This document shows positions 5,682 to 12,420 of a stretch of 14,132 nt of DNA, piece after piece. Where the stretch lies: the IMG/VR virus record IMGVR_UViG_3300045988_079294. One strand, written 5' to 3'. The notes below the pieces were generated by a model. It did not search any database. It saw only the letters and a list, made by a program, of their open reading frames with translations, and had not been told where the DNA came from. This DNA comes from a virus. The position numbers and the translations under genes were made by a program. Each line of letters begins with the position of its first letter. Within the stretch, counting starts at the first letter, position 1.

Positions 5682-5758
5682 TGAGCCGTTGTCCACGTGC
5701 AGCCCCGGAAGGGCGGACATGCGCCCGCACAGCGCAAGAAACGGCTCACAATTTTTAT
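5682..5758 (+). terminator. Compound GC-rich hairpin plus T tract (terminator, attenuator or ~75-nt sRNA) directly downstream of the 5649 promoter
   Basis: Outer 9-bp stem TGAGCCGTT (5682-5690) / AACGGCTCA (5740-5748). Inner helices are GTGC (5697-5700) / GCAC (5727-5730) and GGGCG (5711-5715) / CGCCC (5722-5726) with a 6-nt loop. The stem is followed by CAATTTTTAT, with T5 at 5752-5756. Confidence 0.4.
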
Positions 5759-5775
5759 AACGGGAGGGCTGGAAC

Positions 5776-5970
5776 GTGGAAGAGACAATTAATCTGGTTG
5801 TGCAGCTTATTTCGAATGTGGGCTTTCCGATCGCGTGTGTTTGCGCAATGTTCTATTTTTGGAACAAAGAACGGGAAGACCATAAGGAAGAGAATCGCCA
5901 GTGGGTTGAAGCGTTGAACAACAACACACAGGCGATGAATTCTCTGCTGGAATTGGTGAAAAAGGAATGA
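5776..5970 (+). CDS. Small single-TM membrane protein, YvrJ-like; putative holin, 64 aa
   Basis: GTG start, with GGGAGGG RBS (5762-5768) 7 nt upstream. LISNVGFPIACVCAMFYFW forms a hydrophobic helix matching the YvrJ-family signature as I remember it, followed by a charged C-terminal tail. ATGA overlap with the endolysin gene. Confidence 0.6.
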   Translation: MEETINLVVQLISNVGFPIACVCAMFYFWNKEREDHKEENRQWVEALNNNTQAMNSLLELVKKE

Positions 5971-6467
5971 TAGACTGCATCAAGTTTGCCGAGCAGGCTT
6001 ACACATACCGAGACAGTCACATACCATACAAGGAATTGGATTGTCAGGCCTTTGTGGAAAAGGTGCTGCATGACAGCGGAGTGTCCCGCAACTGGCGCGG
6101 CTCTAATCACATGTGGAGGGAAGCGCTGAAGTGGCGCGGAACGTACACGGAAGCCCTTATCAAATATGGCTGTATCCCGCGCGGCGCATTGCTTTTTACC
6201 GTTAAATCAGACGGCGGCGAGAAAAAGCGCGGTTATAACGATAACGACGGTAACGCCTGCCACGTAGGCATTTTTACGGGCGAGGGATACGGCGCAATGC
6301 ACAGCACAACCGGCGGAGTGCAGCAGGCGCGCGGCGACGATAAGCGATGGACACATGTTGGGCTGCTCAAAGACGTGGACTATCACATCGACGGACTGAC
6401 AGAACGGGAAATGCTGGAAAAGATACTAGGCTATGTTGAAATCATAACGGAGGTGCTCAGGAAATGA
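5967..6467 (+). CDS. NlpC/P60-family peptidoglycan endopeptidase (endolysin), 166 aa
   Basis: Catalytic Cys in ELDCQAF (Cys26 codon 6042-6044). The canonical His block is CHVGIFTGEGYGAMHS. No separate cell-wall-binding domain is apparent. Confidence 0.8.
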   Translation: MIDCIKFAEQAYTYRDSHIPYKELDCQAFVEKVLHDSGVSRNWRGSNHMWREALKWRGTYTEALIKYGCIPRGALLFTVKSDGGEKKRGYNDNDGNACHVGIFTGEGYGAMHSTTGGVQQARGDDKRWTHVGLLKDVDYHIDGLTEREMLEKILGYVEIITEVLRK

Positions 6468-6754
6468 CTATCGATGACATCCTCACTCTTGCGCGCGCTG
6501 GCTATACCAGCGAACAGATTAACGCGCTGTACACTGTGCAGGCACAGGCTCCGGTGCAGGCTCCGGTGCAGGCTCCGGTGCAGGCTCCGGTGCAGGCTCC
6601 GACCGCCACGCTTGATGACGTGATGCGCGGCCTTGCAGGCCTTACGACCGCCGTGCAGGCGAACGCGCTTCTGGGCGCACAGCAGCCCGCGCAGCCGACC
6701 GTTAATGACGTGCTGGCGCAGATCATCGCGCCTGACCCGCCCAAGCAGGGCTAA
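6464..6754 (+). CDS. Putative scaffolding protein (by position), 96 aa, with (VQAP)n repeat
   Basis: ATGA overlap with the endolysin stop and a GGAGGTG RBS. It lies directly upstream of the major capsid gene and is about the size of phi29 gp7. The sequence is low-complexity and Ala/Gln/Pro-rich. Confidence 0.4.
   Translation: MTIDDILTLARAGYTSEQINALYTVQAQAPVQAPVQAPVQAPVQAPTATLDDVMRGLAGLTTAVQANALLGAQQPAQPTVNDVLAQIIAPDPPKQG
6536..6601 (+). repeat. In-frame 12-bp tandem repeat GTGCAGGCTCCG x4, preceded by one degenerate 18-bp copy
   Basis: Perfect copies at 6554-6565, 6566-6577, 6578-6589 and 6590-6601. GTGCAGGCACAGGCTCCG lies at 6536-6553. Together they encode VQAQAP(VQAP)4. Confidence 0.95.
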
Positions 6755-6772
6755 CAGAAAGGAAGGTTGAAC

Positions 6773-7972
6773 ATGGCTAACACTCTTTCCATCGATCAGG
6801 TTTGTACCGTCCTCAACTCCGTTGTCCAGCAGGCGACGGGCGCGGCGGACATGGCCGCAACGGATACCGCAAGTTTTGTCACGGTTGCCAAGTACGGCCT
6901 TGAGAAGGGCTACGACCCGCTCATGACCGCGATTTCTCAGGTGCTTTCACGCACGCTGTTTGCCGTGCGCCCGTACAGCGCCAAGTTTAAGGGACTCATG
7001 GCGGACTCCATCCGCTATGGCAACCACGTCCGCAAGATTAACTATATTGACAAGCCGACCGTGGAAAGCCGCGTCCTCCAGCTGACGGAAGGCCAGAGCG
7101 AAGATCAGTATATCGTTCGCAAGCCCGAAGTAGTACAGACGAACTTCTATGGCGGCGGCACGTGGCAGGACTATATCACTCGCTATACCGAGCAGCTCGA
7201 CACTGCTTTCAGCGGCCCGGAAGAGTTTGGCCGTTTCATTTCCGGACTTATGACCGAGCTAACGAACAAACATGAGCAGGAAAATGAAAGCATGGCGCGT
7301 ATGGCGCTTGTGAACTTTATCGGCGGCAAGATTGCGGGCGATACGTCGAACGTTATCCATCTGCTGACCGAGTACAACGCGCTTACCGGGCTCAATCTGA
7401 CCGCGCAGTCCGTATACACTCCGAGCAACTTCAAGCCGTTCATGCAGTGGGTGTACTCCCGCATCGCTGGCCTGTGCGCCATGATGACTGAGCGTTCCGT
7501 CAAGTTCCACACCAACCTCAACATTGGCGGGCAGAACAAACTTATCATGCGGCATACTCCGTACCCGCAGCAGAAAATCTATCTCACCGCACAGAACCGC
7601 TACCAGAGCGAAGCGCAGGTACTCGCCGATACCTATCATGATAACTACCTGCGGATGGCGGACGTTGAGACGGTTAACTACTGGCAGGATATTGATAATC
7701 CCGCCAAAATCAGCGTCTACGAATCCTATCTTAAGCCTGACGGCACGATCGCGACCAACAGCAAGAAGGAAAGCGGCGACGCTCCGACCACAACGGATAA
7801 ACTCTTCGGTGTTATCTTTGACGAAGAAGCCGTAGGCGTGACCATGATTAACAACAGTCTGACCGCGACCCCGATTAACGCGCGCGGACTGTATACCAAC
7901 CTCTGGTGGAACTCCACTTACCGCTGGTGGAACGACTTCACCGAAAACGGTATCGTCCTGCTGCTCGACTAA
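6773..7972 (+). CDS. Major capsid protein, phi29 gp8-like core (no C-terminal Ig-like domain), ~399 aa
   Basis: C-terminal NARGLYTNLWWNSTYRWWNDFTENGIVLL resembles phi29 gp8 [29 protein letters not shown] (from memory). Position and size also fit. ATG 6773 is preferred over the track's TTG 6767 because of the AAAGGAAGG RBS spacing. Confidence 0.8.
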   Translation: MANTLSIDQVCTVLNSVVQQATGAADMAATDTASFVTVAKYGLEKGYDPLMTAISQVLSRTLFAVRPYSAKFKGLMADSIRYGNHVRKINYIDKPTVESRVLQLTEGQSEDQYIVRKPEVVQTNFYGGGTWQDYITRYTEQLDTAFSGPEEFGRFISGLMTELTNKHEQENESMARMALVNFIGGKIAGDTSNVIHLLTEYNALTGLNLTAQSVYTPSNFKPFMQWVYSRIAGLCAMMTERSVKFHTNLNIGGQNKLIMRHTPYPQQKIYLTAQNRYQSEAQVLADTYHDNYLRMADVETVNYWQDIDNPAKISVYESYLKPDGTIATNSKKESGDAPTTTDKLFGVIFDEEAVGVTMINNSLTATPINARGLYTNLWWNSTYRWWNDFTENGIVLLLD

Positions 7973-7992
7973 TAAACAGGGAGGGAGCCACA

Positions 7993-9582
7993 ATGCCCGA
8001 GTTGAAAGTATTTCTTTCCAACTTTTCAAAAAAATCGAATTCTACGAAACTCCCTCCCGAAGACGTTGCACAGATTGCGTTTACGGGGGTGCTCCGTGAG
8101 GGCACTTCCGTACTCGCTCCTGTTATCGGATTCGATTTTGGAGCAGGCGGAACACAAATAAACATGTTCGGCACGCATGGCGCTACCTATGCCGTAATTA
8201 CCGAAACATTTTCGCGCTCCTATTTTATAAATAACTGGACATATCAAGATGGCTTGTGGTGGGCATCTATGACCGTCGACGTGCTAGGAACATACCGCGC
8301 GAACATTGGCGCGATGAGCGCGTACATTCTGCGCGCGTCTAATGCGCTGGCGTGGAACCTCAACGCCAAAGATGGGACATATCCGGCAGTAGGAGGCACA
8401 AACTATAGTTATCAGTATGTGCTTAACCCATGGTATGACCCTACGACCGCAACGCAACCCGGCTACTTGCTGGGCGTGATGAACAATGATGAGAGCGTGA
8501 CCATGCAGCGCGGCGGAGTGAAATACTATCTAATGAGCGATGCAGAGATGCGCGCCCTCATTAGTTATATGATGGGTAATGTTAACTATCTTAATATCAG
8601 CGCGGAAGATGTGAGTGAAAGCGTCGCCAAAATCCTGCTTAATCCATCGCAGTACATCGTTTCTATTAAGTGGTATCCGGATTATACTTTTCTTTTTAAC
8701 CAGCTGGCCAGTGGGAACAAAATTGATTTTAATTTCGGCTGGTGGACACTTACAGGTGTAAAAAACTCCACGACGAAAACCAACGTCACGAGATTGACAA
8801 AGAACTGGGTTATCACCGTCCCAAAACATCCCATGGCAGCAACTTACAAATACACACAGCTAGAACCATACAGTCATTATGTCCTGCACATTCCCCCGTG
8901 GGGGGATATTGGCGTTGACAGTTCCCTGCTTTATGACCTTGACACTGTAGCCGTGTCCGTCCACATCGACCCTACATTGAGCTATGCGGAACTTGAAATC
9001 CAATCGACTGACGGTAACTACCATCCGATGGCGAGATACGAGGGAACCGTTGGCGTAGAGGTTCCGCTGACTACTATCCAAACGCAGGGCGACGTATCGA
9101 AACAGCTTCAGGCGGCATTAGGGCAAGCCGGTTCTCAGATTCTGAACAGCAGCCCTATACAGAGATTCGCAGCAGGTGCACGAGAGACGGCAGCTGAAAT
9201 TATGAGCAAGGCCACTTCTATAGGCAGTTTCGGAACTCTGAACCAACCTGCTGAAGCGTTCTCTAGCCGCATGATTAGTGCAACTGAATTGGCAAGCACT
9301 GTTCTAGATTCCGCTATGAGCGGACAAATTAACGCTTCGTCCTCCGGTTGCGCAGATGCAAGCATGGTTTACTACGATAACGGCTATCTCAGGCTGGATT
9401 ATCTCGATATGGCCGCAACCTCTGATGCTACATTCGGCCGTCCATCCCTTCAGTTTAAGCAGATTTCGACAATTCCCGGTTATATACAGACCGCTAACCC
9501 GCATTTTGCAGTGCCTACCGCAACAGATAGTGAGAATGCAGCAATAGTGCGATATATGCAAGGGGGCTTCTGGTATGAGTGA
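7993..9582 (+). CDS. Tail (knob/tube) protein, phi29 gp9-like, 529 aa
   Basis: The N-terminal region FSKKSNSTK...ATYAVITETFSRSYFINNWTYQDGLWWASMTVDVLGTY parallels phi29 gp9 FSNDYKNTR...[43 protein letters not shown] (from memory). GGGAGGGAG RBS lies 5 nt before ATG 7993. The track's 7906 start overlaps the capsid gene and has no RBS. Confidence 0.6.
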   Translation: MPELKVFLSNFSKKSNSTKLPPEDVAQIAFTGVLREGTSVLAPVIGFDFGAGGTQINMFGTHGATYAVITETFSRSYFINNWTYQDGLWWASMTVDVLGTYRANIGAMSAYILRASNALAWNLNAKDGTYPAVGGTNYSYQYVLNPWYDPTTATQPGYLLGVMNNDESVTMQRGGVKYYLMSDAEMRALISYMMGNVNYLNISAEDVSESVAKILLNPSQYIVSIKWYPDYTFLFNQLASGNKIDFNFGWWTLTGVKNSTTKTNVTRLTKNWVITVPKHPMAATYKYTQLEPYSHYVLHIPPWGDIGVDSSLLYDLDTVAVSVHIDPTLSYAELEIQSTDGNYHPMARYEGTVGVEVPLTTIQTQGDVSKQLQAALGQAGSQILNSSPIQRFAAGARETAAEIMSKATSIGSFGTLNQPAEAFSSRMISATELASTVLDSAMSGQINASSSGCADASMVYYDNGYLRLDYLDMAATSDATFGRPSLQFKQISTIPGYIQTANPHFAVPTATDSENAAIVRYMQGGFWYE

Positions 9583-10255
9583 ATGGACGAAACCTAATGA
9601 TCCAGATGGTCCCGCTATAGTCCATCCGCTGGAAGAACTCAGGGAAGAGACGGGAACCTATGGCAAATACTGGACGGGGAACCGCGACATTACCGACTAC
9701 AGCGACAAACAGAAGCAAAACGCAGTTTATCTCTGGGCATGGGGCAAGGCCAAGGGCTACACGCTAGAAGCAATTTCGGGCATGGCCGGGAACATGACGC
9801 GCGAGAGCCACATAGACCCCGGCAGATGGCAAAAAGTATCCAGCGGCATGACCAAGCGTAAGCAAGGATACGGGCTGGTGCAATGGACGCCATATTGGAA
9901 ATATGGCGACTGGTGCGAAGCGCAAAACCTATACCCGCCCAAATATGATAGCGCGCTGGCGCGCATAGAATACGAGATAGCCAACAATGAGCAGTGGATT
10001 CCAACGAAAACGTATAACCTTACATTCACAGAGTATTTACACACGTCAGATCAAACTATTGAATGGATGGCCAAGGCATTCTTTTACAACTATGAGCGCG
10101 GCAGCGACGCAAGTACACGTGTAAAGCCTGCTCAGTATTGGTATGAGTATCTGGGCGGGGTAACGCCACCATCGCCGGGAGTGACCACGCTTCCCGTTTG
10201 GCTACTCAAAAAATGCGTTGATAACCAACGCAGAGGAAGGGGGATATTCTATTGA
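9575..10255 (+). CDS. Tail-associated peptidoglycan hydrolase (phage tail lysozyme domain), 226 aa
   Basis: ISGMAGNMTRESHIDPGRWQ...QGYGLVQWT matches the AGxxGNxxxES...GxGxxQWT signature of the phage tail lysozyme family. This is the same type as the N-terminal domain of phi29 gp13. The start overlaps the tail gene stop by 8 nt. Confidence 0.65.
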   Translation: MSEWTKPNDPDGPAIVHPLEELREETGTYGKYWTGNRDITDYSDKQKQNAVYLWAWGKAKGYTLEAISGMAGNMTRESHIDPGRWQKVSSGMTKRKQGYGLVQWTPYWKYGDWCEAQNLYPPKYDSALARIEYEIANNEQWIPTKTYNLTFTEYLHTSDQTIEWMAKAFFYNYERGSDASTRVKPAQYWYEYLGGVTPPSPGVTTLPVWLLKKCVDNQRRGRGIFY

Positions 10256-11196
10256 ACGCCCCATACTATTATGACTACATAAACAAACAGAACAGCACTG
10301 TTAAGCCGTCAACCGTTCATATCCACAATACCGGATTGTCCATGTTCTTCAAGCGTTACCTGTTGCAGCGCGCTATCTCCGTGTTTAAGTGGAAACTTCC
10401 GGAGACGTGGAGCAAGGACTATTTCCTCTATTCGCTATATTGCTGGGGCTATGTCGCTATTGTCAACACTGACAAATTCGGAGTTATCCCGCAGGCTTGC
10501 GGCCTGAGCGGATACGACGTATTTTACCAGCCCACAAACGCCATTATTGCGAACCCGCTTCTGCGCGGAACCCTACAGCCGAAAATTGGCAAGGAATGCA
10601 CACTAATTAAGCTACAGCCCGACTATGGCAACGTAATGGGGCTTGTGGACTACTACGGCGACCTTCTCGCGCTGACTGCCGAGAGCACCAGCGTTAACCT
10701 TGTCAATACTCATATGGCCTATGTCTTCGCGGCTGGCAACAAAGCAAGTGCCGAGACCTTCAAAAAACTCTATGACCGTGTGGCTTCTGGCGAGGTGTGC
10801 GCGGTCGTGGATAAGAGCCTGTTCAATGACGATGGTTCCCCCACATGGCAAACGTTCACGCAGAACGTCGGCCAGAACTACATCAGCGACAAACTGTTAT
10901 CCGACTTCCGCCGCATTCAGAATATGTTTGATACGGAAATCGGTATCCCGAACACCAACACCGAGAAGAAAGAACGCATGCTAGCCGATGAGGTTACCAT
11001 AAACGCAGTTGAAACCGCTAGCAAGGTAGACTTGTGGCTGGAAGAACTCAAGGACAGTTGCGAGCGCGCAAACAAGATGTTCGGACTGGATATGTCAGTA
11101 GAGTGGCGCTACCGCCCGCAGAATGTGGAGGGAGGGGACGAGGATGGCAACCGTCAGCCTGCTAGGGCTATACAGAACCGACCCGAGTCTGTTTGA
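10252..11196 (+). CDS. Portal / upper collar connector protein, phi29 gp10-like, 314 aa
   Basis: IGIPNTNTEKKERMLADEVTINAVETASKVDLWLEELKDSCERANKMFGLDMSVEWRY parallels phi29 gp10 [58 protein letters not shown] (from memory). The N-terminal block VFKWKLPETW...GYVAI matches QLFEWENLPP...GYVGF. TTG start with GGAAGGGGG upstream; the start codon is less certain than the gene call. Confidence 0.88.
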   Translation: MNAPYYYDYINKQNSTVKPSTVHIHNTGLSMFFKRYLLQRAISVFKWKLPETWSKDYFLYSLYCWGYVAIVNTDKFGVIPQACGLSGYDVFYQPTNAIIANPLLRGTLQPKIGKECTLIKLQPDYGNVMGLVDYYGDLLALTAESTSVNLVNTHMAYVFAAGNKASAETFKKLYDRVASGEVCAVVDKSLFNDDGSPTWQTFTQNVGQNYISDKLLSDFRRIQNMFDTEIGIPNTNTEKKERMLADEVTINAVETASKVDLWLEELKDSCERANKMFGLDMSVEWRYRPQNVEGGDEDGNRQPARAIQNRPESV

Positions 11197-11812
11197 TTCG
11201 TTCAGCCTGCCAGAGAGCGTGAACAAAGTTACGCTGACTAATCAGATTCTCATGGATACGGCGGAGCTTGAGGTTGTCTATCCCTCCGCGCCCGCCATGA
11301 AGGACGCAATCTCCATGTGGAGCGCGGCCAATGTTGAGAACTGGACGAAGCTCGCGGAGATTTACAAGCTCAAATATAACCCTATCGAAAACTACGACCG
11401 TAACGAAGAATGGGACGATACCGGCACCGTGGGCAACGTCTCCGCCACGACCACGACAAACACATACAGCGAAACGCAAGATACGACCGGAAGCACCAAA
11501 CCTAACGTGCAGGTTCAGGACAATGTTTGGGGATTCAACAGCACGACCAACGTCCCTAAGTCTAACCAGATCACCAGCGGCACAACCGATACCACGGGCA
11601 AAAACACAGCCACCGGCAGCAGCAACGGCGAGGGCAGCAACAACAACACCGAAACTCGCAATTTGAGCCGGAAAGGCCATATTCACGGCAATATCGGCAT
11701 TACCACGTCGCAGCAAATGATTGAGAGAGAAATTCGTCTATGGGGCGATTTCAATATCTACAATTTCATCGCGCGGGCGTTCCGAGAGCGATTCTGCCTA
11801 TTGATTTATTAA
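11144..11812 (+). CDS. Lower collar (tail tube adaptor) protein, gp11-like, 222 aa
   Basis: Lies directly after the portal gene. It has a helical N-terminus with YNPIENYDRNEE, a long Thr/Asn/Ser/Gly-rich middle typical of the beta-tube segment, and a GNIGITTSQQMIEREI block that I associate with lower collar proteins of small podophages. GGAGGGG RBS lies 6 nt before ATG 11144. Confidence 0.55.
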   Translation: MATVSLLGLYRTDPSLFDSFSLPESVNKVTLTNQILMDTAELEVVYPSAPAMKDAISMWSAANVENWTKLAEIYKLKYNPIENYDRNEEWDDTGTVGNVSATTTTNTYSETQDTTGSTKPNVQVQDNVWGFNSTTNVPKSNQITSGTTDTTGKNTATGSSNGEGSNNNTETRNLSRKGHIHGNIGITTSQQMIEREIRLWGDFNIYNFIARAFRERFCLLIY

Positions 11813-11826
11813 GGGAGGGATTGACC

Positions 11827-12408
11827 ATGTGCCCAATTTTTGAGAACTTTCCCTATACCAATTACCACGATCTTAACCTGGACTGGATTCTGGAGCAGGT
11901 GAACCAGATTCCGAACAAGCTGACCAGCAAGCAGGACGAAATTACAGCCAATGCTGCAACCGCAGCCGCCAAGATTGCAGCGCCGCAGGCCGCACAGTTG
12001 GCTATCCCAACCGCGACGGAAGAGGCGACCAGAGCGGCCACACAGGCGGCAACTCAGGCAGCAACCGCAGCCGCCACGGAAGCGGCCACGCAGAACGCAA
12101 TTGCGGCACTGCGACCCGAGCTCAAACCGGACGAGTATCCATATACTATCGCGGTTACAGACTGGATCCTCAACGCCACCACGCAGCTATACACGGCGCA
12201 GATTCCGGTTCCCAACGTCGCGGCTACCGACCGCATTATGGTTGGTCTGGGCGCTGTCACTCAGGCGGAATATCAGAGCGCGGCCAAGGCTGGCCTAAGC
12301 GCTACCGCCCTTACGTTCCCCGGCAAACCCGCCGCCACCGTGTCCATAGCCTGCATGCAGGGCATTAAGCCGACCATTCCCATTCCCGTTATCGCGCTTG
12401 TTTGGTAA
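11827..12408 (+). CDS. Tail fibre/appendage-associated protein, 193 aa, with Ala/Thr/Gln-rich central segment
   Basis: AAGGGAGGG RBS lies 7 nt before ATG 11827. The N-terminus FPYTNYHDLNLDWILEQV resembles an N-terminal motif common in fibre-region proteins of Gram-positive phages (from memory). Residues ~41-95 (nt 11947-12111) are low-complexity AATQ-type repeats. Confidence 0.45.
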   Translation: MCPIFENFPYTNYHDLNLDWILEQVNQIPNKLTSKQDEITANAATAAAKIAAPQAAQLAIPTATEEATRAATQAATQAATAAATEAATQNAIAALRPELKPDEYPYTIAVTDWILNATTQLYTAQIPVPNVAATDRIMVGLGAVTQAEYQSAAKAGLSATALTFPGKPAATVSIACMQGIKPTIPIPVIALVW

Positions 12409-12420
12409 GGAGGTAAGAGC

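Noticed and set aside
5681-5917. 78-aa + strand ORF spanning the hairpin region and overlapping the holin-like gene
   Set aside because: It has no RBS, an Arg/Ala-rich translation of a GC-rich hairpin, and is out of frame with a better-supported gene carrying a GGGAGGG RBS.
6536-6601. Possible CRISPR-like or regulatory repeat array
   Set aside because: The units are 12 bp, directly abutting with no spacers, and in frame within a coding sequence. This is a coding tandem repeat, not a CRISPR array.
7906-7992. Upstream extensions of ORFs in the track: 7906 for the tail gene, 11740 for the 193-aa gene, 11123 for the collar gene, 1372 for the terminal protein candidate, and 6767 for the capsid gene
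   Set aside because: Each extension lacks an RBS and overlaps the preceding gene. In each case an internal ATG sits 5-9 nt downstream of a strong GGAGG-type RBS (7993, 11827, 11144, 1390, 6773).
7259-8029. 256-aa ORF on the minus strand, antisense to the major capsid gene
   Set aside because: It has no RBS or promoter. It lies entirely opposite a well-supported gene, and its composition (Arg/Val/Gly-rich) is typical of an antisense shadow ORF in ~50% GC DNA.
8675-8697. ATCCGGAT palindrome followed by a T-rich run (CTTTTCTTTTT) inside the tail gene as a possible terminator
   Set aside because: The stem is at most 3-4 bp with no loop, and the site is in the middle of a conserved ORF. It is not a credible terminator.
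11168-11716. 182-aa minus-strand ORF antisense to the lower-collar gene (also 1113-1508 minus, 131 aa)
   Set aside because: The reasoning is the same: these are shadow ORFs of + strand genes. They have no translation signals and low-complexity Arg/Ala/Gly content.
11951-12298. 115-aa Pro/Arg-rich alternative-frame ORF (and 12054-12260 minus) inside the 193-aa fibre-associated gene
   Set aside because: It is an artefact of the GCN/ACN/CAG-rich repeat DNA, which is open in several frames. It has no independent start signals.
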